Shown: positions 9,975 to 19,780, counted from the stretch's first letter. The stretch is DNA of 56,218 nucleotides from Clostridia bacterium (GCA_017547545.1 JAFYPJ010000038.1:1-56218), one strand, 5' to 3'. Numbers and translations are program-made. Notes: generated from the sequence alone by a model not told the origin.

Positions 9975-10385
9975 TTACTCAACAACAGGAGCTTCTGTTT
10001 CAACGGTTTCTACAGTTTCAACAGTTTCAGAATCATCTACGGTTTCGGTAGTTTCAACGGTTTCTAATGCATCTGTTTCAATACCGCCTTCAACTTCTTC
10101 AACCTCTGCTTCGGTATCGCCGCTTACAGCTTCGGTTGTTGCATTGGGCTGCATTACATAAACAACAATAACAATGATTACAAAAATTATAGCAATAATT
10201 GTTGTAAGCTTAGAGAAAACCTTATCCATAGTTTTGCCCTTGGTCTTACCAAAGAATGTTTCCGCACCGCCTGCGATGGAACCGGAAAGACCGTGGCTCT
10301 TACCGGACTGCATAAGAACAGCAACCACTAAGAATAAAGCCGCTGCCAAAAGAATTCCGCCAAGTACATAATCAATAGCTGTCAT
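9975..10385 (-). CDS. secG: Preprotein translocase subunit SecG with a long acidic C-terminal tail
   Basis: LAAALFLVVAVLMQSGKSHGLSGSIAGGAETFFGK, followed by a second TM helix and then a ~55-aa E/T/V repeat tail (ETVETVETVETE). Confidence 0.85.
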   Translation of the reverse strand: MTAIDYVLGGILLAAALFLVVAVLMQSGKSHGLSGSIAGGAETFFGKTKGKTMDKVFSKLTTIIAIIFVIIVIVVYVMQPNATTEAVSGDTEAEVEEVEGGIETDALETVETTETVDDSETVETVETVETEAPVVE

Positions 10386-10609
10386 GATAAATCCTCCAAT
10401 AAATCAAATCATTTTATAAAATTAAGTAAAAAATTTTTTCAAATAATCATAGGCAAATAACATTCTACCATACTTTTTTAAGAATTGCAATAGTTTTTTT
10501 CAATAAATTACATTTATTTTTGAACTTTTTTATTTTTTTGCTCAAAATGTATAATACAGCGAAATAAGGTGACAATATAAACAAACCAAAAAAAAGGACG
10601 GTATCAATA

Positions 10610-11392
10610 ATGGATAACAACCAAAGTAAAAAAACGGCAGGCATAATTGCGCTGATAATTATTGCAATTATTGTTATTACCGTAATAATAGTAGCAATAG
10701 CAACAAACAAAGACTCAAAGAAAGATCCCGATGTTACCGACAAAATAGAGGATAATGCAGAATCAGATCTTTCTGATGCGGTTACCGATATGGTAGACAG
10801 TGCAAGCGAAGCTCTCGACGGTGTGAAAGATATAATAGACGGTGAAGAAAGTATGATGGATAATAATAAAGACTCCGCAGAAAGCGAATCTTCAACCGAT
10901 CATAATACCGATACAACTCCTCCCGAAGATACAACCGCATCCCTTCCCAGTGAATTCTGTCTTCCCGTAACCGGACATATTTCCAAGGGCTACAGCATAG
11001 ATGCTCCCGTTTTCTCGCTCACTATGAATGATTACCGCACTCACAGCGGAATAGATCTGCAGGCAGAGCTTGGAACAAATGTGGCCGCATTTGCCGAAGG
11101 TACGGTTACAAATATATATAACGATCCCTTTATGGGTGTTTGCGTTGAAATAACTCACAGCGGTTCTCTGGTATCTAAATATATGAATCTCAGCGAAGAA
11201 TTGGGAGAAGGTATTGAAGTTGGCGCCCAGGTTACCTGTGGCCAAAGCATAGGAAAGGTTGGAAATACCGCAGCAATGGAAGCATCTGATGAAAGCCATC
11301 TTCATTTTGAGGTTTTCAGAGAGAATGCCACAATTGATCCCATGGAATTTTTAGATGTAGATGTTATTGCAGATTTTGGGTATGAGAATTAA
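10610..11392 (+). CDS. Membrane-anchored M23/LytM-family metallopeptidase (SpoIIQ-like architecture)
   Basis: N-terminal TM helix, acidic linker, then a LytM domain with FSLTMNDYRTHSGIDL and SHLHFEV metal-ligand motifs. Confidence 0.85.
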   Translation: MDNNQSKKTAGIIALIIIAIIVITVIIVAIATNKDSKKDPDVTDKIEDNAESDLSDAVTDMVDSASEALDGVKDIIDGEESMMDNNKDSAESESSTDHNTDTTPPEDTTASLPSEFCLPVTGHISKGYSIDAPVFSLTMNDYRTHSGIDLQAELGTNVAAFAEGTVTNIYNDPFMGVCVEITHSGSLVSKYMNLSEELGEGIEVGAQVTCGQSIGKVGNTAAMEASDESHLHFEVFRENATIDPMEFLDVDVIADFGYEN

Positions 11393-11414
11393 AAGGGACC
11401 AAAAGGTCCCTTTT
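11391..11414. terminator. Bidirectional terminator
   Basis: aaaagggacc-aaaa-ggtccctttt palindrome between convergent genes. Confidence 0.75.
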
Positions 11415-11415
11415 A

Positions 11416-12906
11416 TTATTTCATCTTTTTATTCTTGCTGTGTTTCCAGGTCGCGGGTGCAAAAAAGAGTATTATGGGAAATATCTCAAGTCTGCCCAAA
11501 AGCATCATAAAGGAAAGAATGATCTTTGTAAAATAATTATATCCCGCAAAGTTTTCCCATGGACCTACTCCTGCAAAACCGGGGCCGATATTGTTAAAAC
11601 AAGCAACAACGGCACTGAAATTAGTTTCAAAGGAATTAAAACCGGAACCGGCAGTCCAAGTATCGCAGCTTACAACAAGAAAACCTATAAAAATGATCAT
11701 TATGTAAAATGCAAAATAGGTTTTAACGCTTGAAATGGTAGATTTATCAAGGGGCTTACCCTCATAACGCTCACTTGTAACCGAACGGGGATGCAGGAGC
11801 TTGCGCACCTCGGAACGCATAGATTTAAATAGAATGATAACCCTTGAAACCTTCAATCCACCGGCTGTGGAATTTGCACAGCTTCCCATAAACATAAGAA
11901 GAAGCAGTATGCCCTTTGACAGAGCCGGCCATGCATCAAAATTTGCTGTGGCATAACCGGTTGTAGAAACAACGGTTGCCACCTGAAATGCGCCATGACG
12001 AAGTGCTTCTCCAAAGCCTGAATATTCTCCTATTGGCATTATGTTAAGGGTTATTGTTATTGTTGAAATAAGTACTATGGATAAAAACACCCAGGCTTCA
12101 TTTACCTTTCCCGCTTCTTTAAATTTACGGAATAAAACAAAGTAATAAACATTGAAATTAAGCCCGAATACCAGCATAAACAAGGTTATTACCCATTGAG
12201 AATAAGGAGAATAACTTGCCAATGAATCTGCCTTGATACCAAAACCACCTGTACCCGCCGTACCAAAGCTGTGCACAAGACTGTCAAATACGGACATTCC
12301 GCCGCACAAAAGTAATATTATTTCCAGAACGGTTAATATAATATAAATCAAATAAAGAAGTTTTGCGGTATCCTTTAATTTCGGAACCAATTTACCCATT
12401 ATGGGACCGGGCATTTCTGCCTTTAAAATATGTATTGAACGGTCTGATACACCGGGCAGAAGAGCAACAACAAACACAAGAATACCCATACCGCCCACCC
12501 AATGGGTAAAGCTTCTCCAAAAGAGCATTCCCTTACTCATAGCCTCAACATCTTCAAGTATCGAAGCACCTGTAGTGGTAAAACCGCTTACAGTTTCAAA
12601 AAATGCATCCACATAATGCGGAATATCCCCGCTGATAACGAATGGTAACGCACCAATAGAAGAAAATACAAGCCAACTCAAAGCAACCATAACAAAGCCT
12701 TCACGGGCATAAATTGTTTTATCCTCAGGCTTGAAAATAAGCATAAGAGCCTGTCCCATAATAAAGGCAAATGCCATAACTACCGCAAAGGCAAAAACAC
12801 CTGCATTTTCCTTAAAAAGCATACTTACAACAAGGGGAAGCGAAAGCAGTATTGCTTCTATACGCATAAGTCTTCCTATAAAATAGACTATCAGTGAATA
12901 GTTCAT
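11416..12906 (-). CDS. trkH: TrkH/KtrB-family potassium uptake membrane protein
   Basis: About 10-12 TM helices with repeated selectivity-filter-like TTGAS, GTGGFG and STTGYA segments. Lies immediately after trkA. Confidence 0.9.
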   Translation of the reverse strand: MNYSLIVYFIGRLMRIEAILLSLPLVVSMLFKENAGVFAFAVVMAFAFIMGQALMLIFKPEDKTIYAREGFVMVALSWLVFSSIGALPFVISGDIPHYVDAFFETVSGFTTTGASILEDVEAMSKGMLFWRSFTHWVGGMGILVFVVALLPGVSDRSIHILKAEMPGPIMGKLVPKLKDTAKLLYLIYIILTVLEIILLLCGGMSVFDSLVHSFGTAGTGGFGIKADSLASYSPYSQWVITLFMLVFGLNFNVYYFVLFRKFKEAGKVNEAWVFLSIVLISTITITLNIMPIGEYSGFGEALRHGAFQVATVVSTTGYATANFDAWPALSKGILLLLMFMGSCANSTAGGLKVSRVIILFKSMRSEVRKLLHPRSVTSERYEGKPLDKSTISSVKTYFAFYIMIIFIGFLVVSCDTWTAGSGFNSFETNFSAVVACFNNIGPGFAGVGPWENFAGYNYFTKIILSFMMLLGRLEIFPIILFFAPATWKHSKNKKMK

Positions 12907-12908
12907 AA

Positions 12909-14273
12909 CTACCTCTTATCAAAAATCTCTGTTAAAGTATTTATACGCTTTCCCGTTGTAAGAACTATAACATGGTCACCTGCATAAATTACATCATCAC
13001 CTGTGGGAATAATAGACTTTCTTCCCCTGATGATGCCTGCAACAAGCATATTTCTTTTAATAGAAAGTTCTTTTAACGGTATATCAAGCTCTTCAAAGCT
13101 ATCTCTTACAATAAATTCAAGGGCCTCCGCTTTATCGTCCATAAGGGTATAAAGCGTTTCCATTTCACTACCCAAAGAATTTTCAAGAGCTCTTGCATAA
13201 CCTGCAAGCTGGTCTGAAATTATTTTACAGGGAGAGATTATAGTGTCAAGTCCCAAATTCTCTGCCATGGAAGCCAATTCAGGACGGTTTACCTTAGTTA
13301 TTACCTGAGGTACCTTTTGAGATTGGGCAAATATTGAAACAAGTATATTTTGCTCGTCCATACCGGTTAAAGCGATAAATGCATCAACAGAACGCAAACC
13401 CTCCTCTAAAAGTATCTCCTGAGAGGCACCGTCGCCCTCAATAATAGTTGCGCCGGGAAGGAATTCCGCAATAGCTTTACAACGCTTGTTATCCTTTTCT
13501 ATTATAGTAACATTTGCACCTATACTCAAAAGCTTCTGGGCAAGGTAATAGGAGGTTTTCCCTGCACCTATGATCATAACATTTTTCGCCTGCTTTTTCA
13601 TTATACCAAGGGCACGGAAAAGCTTTGCACCTTCCGCGGTGGACGCTGCAATACCTATATGATCCCCCGCATTCAGTATGAAATTACCGTCGGGAATATA
13701 AACCTCATCCCCTCTGCGTACCGCACATACAAGAAACTTTTGATTATATTTTTTTCTAAGCTCCCAAAGTGAGCAATTTACAATAGGAGAGTCGTTTTTC
13801 AATTTTAATTCGATCATTTCATAGTTTCCGCGTGCAAAGGATTCTATTTTCATTGCACCGGGAAGCTTTATGAGGTTGAAAAGCTCACGGGAAGCCATCT
13901 TTTCCGGATTTATAGAAGAAGAAAGCTCTAAATGCGAACGCATAAAGGAAAGGCTCTTATCATTATATTCGGGATTTCTTATTCTTGCAAGGGTATGGCT
14001 TGCCCCCATACGCTTTGCAAGGAAACAAGCAAGCATATTCAATTCATCAGAATCTGTTACTGCTGCAAACAGCTCCGCATCTTCCACTCCCGCCTCGGTA
14101 AGCACATCGCTGTCTGCTCCGTTACCGCAAACACCGATTACATCATATATATTTGTAATTTCAGTAATTATGGCAGGATCGTTATCTATAGCCACAGCCT
14201 CGTGCCCCTCATCCACAAGGTTTGAGAGAATAGCTGTTCCTATTTTTCCGCATCCAACAATTATAATCTTCAT
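12909..14273 (-). CDS. trkA: Trk system potassium uptake protein TrkA (two RCK/NAD-binding modules)
   Basis: MKIIIVGCGKIGT and VMIIGAGKTSYYLA Rossmann motifs. Start moved to the internal ATG at 14273. Confidence 0.9.
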   Translation of the reverse strand: MKIIIVGCGKIGTAILSNLVDEGHEAVAIDNDPAIITEITNIYDVIGVCGNGADSDVLTEAGVEDAELFAAVTDSDELNMLACFLAKRMGASHTLARIRNPEYNDKSLSFMRSHLELSSSINPEKMASRELFNLIKLPGAMKIESFARGNYEMIELKLKNDSPIVNCSLWELRKKYNQKFLVCAVRRGDEVYIPDGNFILNAGDHIGIAASTAEGAKLFRALGIMKKQAKNVMIIGAGKTSYYLAQKLLSIGANVTIIEKDNKRCKAIAEFLPGATIIEGDGASQEILLEEGLRSVDAFIALTGMDEQNILVSIFAQSQKVPQVITKVNRPELASMAENLGLDTIISPCKIISDQLAGYARALENSLGSEMETLYTLMDDKAEALEFIVRDSFEELDIPLKELSIKRNMLVAGIIRGRKSIIPTGDDVIYAGDHVIVLTTGKRINTLTEIFDKR

Positions 14274-14343
14274 AGCTCGCTCCGAATCAGTATAATTTAC
14301 ATCATTATACATCACACTTTTATAAAAAGCAATAGTTAATAAC

Positions 14344-14376
14344 AAAAACGAGAAAGCAAAATGCTTTCTCGTTTTT
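14344..14376. terminator. Terminator closing the 7-gene cluster
   Basis: aaaaacgagaaagca-aaa-tgctttctcgttttt. Confidence 0.75.
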
Positions 14377-14389
14377 ATTATTAAATTTA

Positions 14390-15427
14390 TTAACCTGTAA
14401 TACCGGAACGTTCGATACCCTCTACCATGTATCTCTGACAGAAGAGATAGATTATAATAAGAGGAGTAATAATAAGCATTGCCGCTGCATTGCTTACCGC
14501 TGCCTGGAACATTGAGGGTGCCAGGGTTATATCGAGAGAGTTCGGCATGGTTACTATACTGGGCATGAGTGTGGTATTTACAGAGGGGAAGAAGAGCTTT
14601 GTATAGAAGTTATCCGTCCACTGCCATGAGAATGAGAACAGGAATATTGTTATCAACATAGGAACTGACAGAGGAATAATGATCTTGAAGAAGGTCTTAA
14701 AGGGACCGTAACCGTCAAGATATGCGGATTCTTCAAGCTCGTCGGGAACGCCCTTGAAATACTGACGCATCATGAAGATATACAAACCGTTCTTAAATCC
14801 AAGACCTGTTAATGAAAGCAGAGCCAAGGGGAAGAATGTATTCGTCATATTTATGGTAGGCATGGGTATGAACCCAAGAGCATTGAACATACCAAGCAAA
14901 TCAAAATATGTGAATCTCATAAACATTGAGAACTGCAAGGTCTTATGGGGAACGATCATTGTAAGAATAACAATAGCAAATAAAATCTTGTTACCCTTAA
15001 ACTTGAACTTTGCAAAACCATAACCGATTATCGAAGAGATAAAGGTCTGTATAAATGCACACATAAGTGAAAGCAATACGGTGTTAAACAAAGCTCCAAA
15101 ATAGTTATTATCCTTGATAACTGCTATATATGTATCAAGTGTAGGATATCTCGGCACTAATTTTACCGTTACATCACCAAAGTCCTGCGCACTCATAAAT
15201 GAGGAAGAGATCTTTGTGAAGAAAGGCATAAGAATTACATAGGAAATACCTAAAAGAAGGAGGAATCTTGCAATCTTCCATACGGTACCCGTAACGAAAT
15301 TCATGCTGAGATACTTTAATTTAAGACGCTTCCACAGGGAAGTTCTTTCAAAATCAACTTTGATCTTGTTTTTTGTTTCCTTGGTTACCTTGGGGGCCAC
15401 AGGAATACTATTTTTTACATTATCCAT
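14390..15427 (-). CDS. Carbohydrate ABC transporter permease (MalG-like), pair 2
   Basis: 6-TM binding-protein-dependent permease with EAA-like loop EESAYLDGYGPFKTFFKIIIP. RBS taaggaggg. Confidence 0.9.
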   Translation of the reverse strand: MDNVKNSIPVAPKVTKETKNKIKVDFERTSLWKRLKLKYLSMNFVTGTVWKIARFLLLLGISYVILMPFFTKISSSFMSAQDFGDVTVKLVPRYPTLDTYIAVIKDNNYFGALFNTVLLSLMCAFIQTFISSIIGYGFAKFKFKGNKILFAIVILTMIVPHKTLQFSMFMRFTYFDLLGMFNALGFIPMPTINMTNTFFPLALLSLTGLGFKNGLYIFMMRQYFKGVPDELEESAYLDGYGPFKTFFKIIIPLSVPMLITIFLFSFSWQWTDNFYTKLFFPSVNTTLMPSIVTMPNSLDITLAPSMFQAAVSNAAAMLIITPLIIIYLFCQRYMVEGIERSGITG

Positions 15428-15439
15428 TTTCAGCCCTCC

Positions 15440-16438
15440 TTAATCTCTTCTCTGGTAGAATATGAATGCCGACAGAGCTGCTGTTACAATGCCGATGATT
15501 CCTATAACTATAAGGAAGTACATCCATGCCATTGCAGATGAAAGCTCACGGCCTCCGTTACCGGTGTAAACACCTGAAATGTATGACATAACAGGGTTTG
15601 TTGCTGAGGTCAACGCGTCTATAACTGTATATATTGCATTAACCAGAATCATCGGGCTTACCATGGGGATAGTTATCTTCCAGAATGCTTCCCATGCAGA
15701 TGCACCGTCTATATTACAGGATTCATAGATCGCAGGAGATATAGACTGTAAGCCTGCAAGGAAGATAAGCATCTGTACACCCGAACGGTTGATAATATCA
15801 TAAATGTTATTCATGATATTAACAACATACTGTGTAAGCTCTGTACCAACCTTCATGGAGTCAAACATCCATTGTATATCCGTCATGGATACCACTGCAT
15901 TTACCGTGTCGGTTCCGGCACCGGTATTGATGGAGGATGTATTATCGGACATGTACTGAGTAAGAGCGTTTGTTGAGTCAATTTCATCAATAAGACCGGT
16001 ACAAAGAATAACCGGAATAAAGAATATTGCTCTGAATGCTGCACGGCCAAGCATCTTCTGATTAAGAAGAACCGCCATGAACAAAGAGAAAATTACGATT
16101 GCGGGGATATCAAAGATAAGATCTTTGATACCCTGCGTAAGCGTTTGTACGAAATAAACATCTACGGTGAGAGCTTCATTATAATTTGCAAATCCTACAA
16201 AATCATATTGGAAACCGCCGCCGGGCAATGTTTTTACCGCACCAAAGCTGAATTTGATAGAGTCTAATATAACAGGACCGTAAATGAAGAATAAGCCCAA
16301 TATGAAGGGGAGGAGGAACAACCATCCGCTTCTTGCCTTACGGGCATCAAGTGATGCACGGCTTGACTTTTTCTTTACAGGAGCGGCTTTCTTCTTTACA
16401 GGTGCCGGTTTATTGGCTGTTTTTACTGCATTATTCAT
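15440..16438 (-). CDS. Sugar ABC transporter permease (MalF-like), pair 2
   Basis: Lys-rich N-terminus, 6 TM helices, EAA-like loop YESCNIDGASAWEAFWKITIP. RBS aaggaggg. Confidence 0.9.
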   Translation of the reverse strand: MNNAVKTANKPAPVKKKAAPVKKKSSRASLDARKARSGWLFLLPFILGLFFIYGPVILDSIKFSFGAVKTLPGGGFQYDFVGFANYNEALTVDVYFVQTLTQGIKDLIFDIPAIVIFSLFMAVLLNQKMLGRAAFRAIFFIPVILCTGLIDEIDSTNALTQYMSDNTSSINTGAGTDTVNAVVSMTDIQWMFDSMKVGTELTQYVVNIMNNIYDIINRSGVQMLIFLAGLQSISPAIYESCNIDGASAWEAFWKITIPMVSPMILVNAIYTVIDALTSATNPVMSYISGVYTGNGGRELSSAMAWMYFLIVIGIIGIVTAALSAFIFYQRRD

Positions 16439-16450
16439 TTCAAGCCCTCC

Positions 16451-19400
16451 TTATTTCTTAATATAACTTACAGGTTCGATCACATCACCGTCAACTTCAA
16501 CAGCAAATCTGTTGTAGTTGAGAACGAACACTGTACCGTCTGAGTAAGTTATGCGTACGATAGTACCGTCTGTTACTCTGTGAACATTAGCTTCTTCAGC
16601 AGTTTCGTCTGCAGCTTCTTCGGTAACTGTTTCTTCAACAGTTTCTTCAACAGTTTCTTCTGCAACTGCTTCTTCAACATCTTCAGCCGCTTCAACAACT
16701 CTTACACCTTCAAGGAATTCATGGTTTACAATCGTGCAATTCTGAACATCCTTAAGAAGTGCATTAAGCTCGTTGTAGATCTCAACAAGGTCATCCTTCC
16801 AGATCTTATAGTCTACAGAGTAGTACTTGGAAAGGCTACTGTCATCTTTAAGCATTTCGGTATTATCGTATGAAAGTGTAAAGTAAGGCATAGCACCGTT
16901 CTCAATCATCTTGAGAACTTCGTAGTTCATGTCGCTTGCCATATTTGTAGGTGATCCTGCATATTCAATACAACCGTGGAGAACCATTCCTATGAAAGGA
17001 ACACTTCTGAAGGAGTTTGAATGACGGCTGGAGTCAAGCGCCATATTAAGGATAGTGTCAGCATACTTCCATGTAAAGGAGTTACCGCCGTTAACCATTA
17101 CGCTGTCATAATCCTTGCTTGCCTGTTCAAGAAGATCCACGATAAGATCTTTTCCGTCTTCACGGCTGTATGTATCATCCTCGTCAAAGTCGGAGTTAAG
17201 ATCTGTACCTAATGTTCCAAGAGAAATACCGCTCTTACCAAGCTTGGTAAGGTCTTCGGTTACATCACCGTAAAGATCTGCAAATACCGAAGGAGATATA
17301 CAGATAAGACCTGTTGTAATGGTCTGCTGGAAGGAGGAGTAATACTCTCTCTTCTGCTGATATCTGTTATCTATTGTTCTTGCACCGTCCTTTTTAAGAC
17401 TGAAGCCATCAAAAGAACCGTCCTTTGTTAAATAACTGAGATCAAAATCAGGGTATACGGTAATATTATTTTTCTTTGCAAATTCCACAAAATCGGTATA
17501 GCCTTCATCACCGCCAACCTCTTTCTGGAACTTAACCTTGGTAGGTACACTTGAAATCATACCACCGTTGGCAAAACCTGTAAGCTTGTAGTTAATATTT
17601 GAGATTCCTTCTTCCTTGAGTTCGTTATACATCTCTTTAAGATCTTCAAAGGAAGTGAGGGCTTTGGTTACTGTTACAGGCACGGAAAGGAATGTTCCGT
17701 CTGTGTCCATTGTACCAAAGGATTCGATATAAAGAGGAATATCCTCTTTGTTGCTTTCAATAAATGAGAGAACTTCATTCTTAACAAGATAATCCTGATA
17801 TGCTTTTGCCATACCTACATAGCTTGTTTCATAATACTCATCCTCAGAAAGACCTGCATTTGCAGCCATTTTTTCATCAGAAAGCATTATGATACGGATT
17901 CCGTAGCTTCCGGTATATCTACGCTCTGCGGTGATAGTCCATACGGTATCGTCACCAACAGATACTGCATCCGAAAGATTATAGGAGTCATTTGCTCTGA
18001 GGTAGAATTCAGGATAAGCTGAATTGTACTTGTGGGTAGAACCGCCGTGTGCGGTTTTAATGGTAGCAAGGGAGTCACCTTCTTCGATGATTGCAAAGAA
18101 ACCGCGATCCTGTGCTGTTGCCGGAATTACTACTGCTTCTTCCTCTGCTGCATCCTCGTTTGCTTCATCCTTTGCTTCATCTGCTGTTTCCTCGGTTGCT
18201 TCTTCGGCTTTTTCTTCGGCAGGTTCTTCTGCTGCTTCTTCAACCTCGGCAGCTTCCTCACCCTCGGTTGCTTCTTCGGCTTTTTCTTCGGCAGGTTCTT
18301 CTGTTGCTTCTTCAACCTCGGCAGCTTCCTCACCCTCGGTTGCTTCTTCGCCCTCTGCTGCTTCACCTTCAGCTTCTTCTTCGCCTTCGGTTACAGGAAC
18401 AAAGTTTTCAACCAAACCGTATACGGGTAAGCGCATATCTTCAAGATTTGTTGCTACAATTTCGTGGTAAGAGAAGTCCGTTCCGTATACATCTCCGGAC
18501 ATACCAACGATAACACTCTCTGCATCCATCTGCTTGAAATCAAGCAATGCTCCGCTTCCGTCGGGAACGAATACATAACCGTTGTTTACACCGTTTCCTG
18601 CACCAAAATAAGGAAGCACTCTGATATAATTTAAGGTATACTTATCTTCATCAAAGCGTACACCGTTTGCAGGAAGCTTTATCTGAAGACCGCTTTCATC
18701 AAGATAATACTCAAGAGCCATCTTGAAAAGCGGAGGAGCTTCAGCTGTTGAGATATAGTTTGTTATCTGATGGTCTTCTTCCATCTTAGCAAAGGTATAT
18801 TTGGGGCAATATTTCTTGATAATACTCTCAATATCCTTCTTTTCACGACGCTCTGCAGTTGTATCGAACACATAAACCGCCATTTTCTCGGTTATAGGAT
18901 AGTTCTTATACATGTCTGCTCTTTCGGCATCGGTAAGCTCTTCATTTTCAGGATCCTGCAATACATAGAAGTAGGAAAGCTTGTTGAAGAGATACTTGGG
19001 AATATTGTGTTCTTCGGCTGCGGCAACGATAAGCTCTTCAAATCTGGACTTTTCAATTACCATGGGAACAAGATATCTTGTTTCTTCTTCACCGATAGAA
19101 TATTCCACACGGAGACCGCTTTTAAGGTTTTTAACCTTGATCTGTCCCTTTTGAGTGGACCAAGCAAAGCTGTTATAAGGAGTAGCCGTACCTGTGTTGT
19201 CCTTAAACTCTATCATAAGCTGGGACATAAGCTCACCCTTGATATCCTGAGAAGCTGTGCTTGTTGCGATATCGTAGGGATTAGTAAATACTGTCTGGCC
19301 TGTAACAGTATTGTGCAATGCTACTTCACCGGAAAAGCTGTCGCACCAGAGCTCATAACCGTATGCAGATACCATGAGTTCCATTGTTGCAAGCTTCTCT

Positions 19401-19762
19401 TCAGGAGAATTATACTTTGTTACAAGATAAGAATTTGCTTTCTTAATATTAGGGTCGGTGGTTTCTTCCTCTTCAGATTCTTCGTCTGAATCGGTATCTT
19501 CACCTGTGGTTTCTTCACCGTCTGCAGCTTCTTCACCATCTGCAGCTTCTTCGCCGTCTGCAGCTTCTTCGCCATCTGCAACCTCAGCCTCGCCTTCGGC
19601 ATCTTCGTCTGAGGTTTCTTCATCGTCAGTAGCTGCAAGAAGTGTATCAACTGCTGTTTCGTCATCTTCGGGTGCTGCACTTACAACTACCGCAAAGGTT
19701 GAGAAAAGCATCATCACAGCAAGAAGCAGTGATAAGAATTTAATTGAAGTTTTGTTATTCAT
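16451..19762 (-). CDS. Large secreted protein of unknown function (DUF5696-like from memory) with three acidic repeat inserts
   Basis: Signal peptide (...FAVVVSA/APEDD), no other TM helix. Conserved-looking blocks YFGAGNGVNNGYVFVPDGSGALLDF and GFFAIIEEGDSL. RBS gaaggagg. Confidence 0.85.
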   Translation of the reverse strand: MNNKTSIKFLSLLLAVMMLFSTFAVVVSAAPEDDETAVDTLLAATDDEETSDEDAEGEAEVADGEEAADGEEAADGEEAADGEETTGEDTDSDEESEEEETTDPNIKKANSYLVTKYNSPEEKLATMELMVSAYGYELWCDSFSGEVALHNTVTGQTVFTNPYDIATSTASQDIKGELMSQLMIEFKDNTGTATPYNSFAWSTQKGQIKVKNLKSGLRVEYSIGEEETRYLVPMVIEKSRFEELIVAAAEEHNIPKYLFNKLSYFYVLQDPENEELTDAERADMYKNYPITEKMAVYVFDTTAERREKKDIESIIKKYCPKYTFAKMEEDHQITNYISTAEAPPLFKMALEYYLDESGLQIKLPANGVRFDEDKYTLNYIRVLPYFGAGNGVNNGYVFVPDGSGALLDFKQMDAESVIVGMSGDVYGTDFSYHEIVATNLEDMRLPVYGLVENFVPVTEGEEEAEGEAAEGEEATEGEEAAEVEEATEEPAEEKAEEATEGEEAAEVEEAAEEPAEEKAEEATEETADEAKDEANEDAAEEEAVVIPATAQDRGFFAIIEEGDSLATIKTAHGGSTHKYNSAYPEFYLRANDSYNLSDAVSVGDDTVWTITAERRYTGSYGIRIIMLSDEKMAANAGLSEDEYYETSYVGMAKAYQDYLVKNEVLSFIESNKEDIPLYIESFGTMDTDGTFLSVPVTVTKALTSFEDLKEMYNELKEEGISNINYKLTGFANGGMISSVPTKVKFQKEVGGDEGYTDFVEFAKKNNITVYPDFDLSYLTKDGSFDGFSLKKDGARTIDNRYQQKREYYSSFQQTITTGLICISPSVFADLYGDVTEDLTKLGKSGISLGTLGTDLNSDFDEDDTYSREDGKDLIVDLLEQASKDYDSVMVNGGNSFTWKYADTILNMALDSSRHSNSFRSVPFIGMVLHGCIEYAGSPTNMASDMNYEVLKMIENGAMPYFTLSYDNTEMLKDDSSLSKYYSVDYKIWKDDLVEIYNELNALLKDVQNCTIVNHEFLEGVRVVEAAEDVEEAVAEETVEETVEETVTEEAADETAEEANVHRVTDGTIVRITYSDGTVFVLNYNRFAVEVDGDVIEPVSYIKK
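16627..16662 (-). repeat. 12-bp in-frame tandem repeat (x3) encoding VEET repeats
   Basis: ctgtttcttcaa, cagtttcttcaa, cagtttcttctg. Confidence 0.8.
18191..18352 (-). repeat. 72-bp in-frame tandem repeat, two near-identical copies plus a partial third
   Basis: ctcggttgcttcttcggctttttcttcggcaggttcttctg[c/t]tgcttcttcaacctcggcagcttcctcacc recurs at 18191, 18263 and 18335. It encodes EEATEGEEAAEVEEA(T/A)EEPAEEKA. Confidence 0.9.
19511..19582 (-). repeat. 18-bp in-frame tandem repeat (~4 copies) encoding GEEAAD
   Basis: tctgcagcttcttc(a/g)cc(g/a) iterated. Confidence 0.85.
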
Positions 19763-19780
19763 TTCATCTGCCTCCTTCTG

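Noticed and set aside
10465-10743. 92-aa minus-strand ORF overlapping the M23 peptidase start
   Set aside because: It is an AT-rich hydrophobic read-through of the promoter region and of the antisense strand of the peptidase TM segment. It has no RBS.
14274-14345. Tracked upstream starts for trkA (14345), the ABC ATPase (40662), the ABC permease (41434), the amino-acid SBP (42351), rnpA (7436) and the SASP (43617)
   Set aside because: In each case an internal start has a proper SD and matches the family N-terminus. The extensions run through upstream gene ends, terminators or the SD itself.
18024-18513. Four overlapping ORFs (Ser/Ala-rich, Cys/Phe-rich, Leu/Pro-rich, Lys/Gln-rich) at the acidic repeat
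   Set aside because: These are alternative-frame and antisense readings of the GAA/GCT-rich 72-bp repeat inside the 1103-aa gene. Low-complexity DNA keeps all frames open.
18191-19582. Regularly spaced direct repeats that could superficially suggest a CRISPR array
   Set aside because: The repeats are contiguous with no spacers, in-frame within a long ORF, and encode acidic peptide repeats. No cas genes are present.
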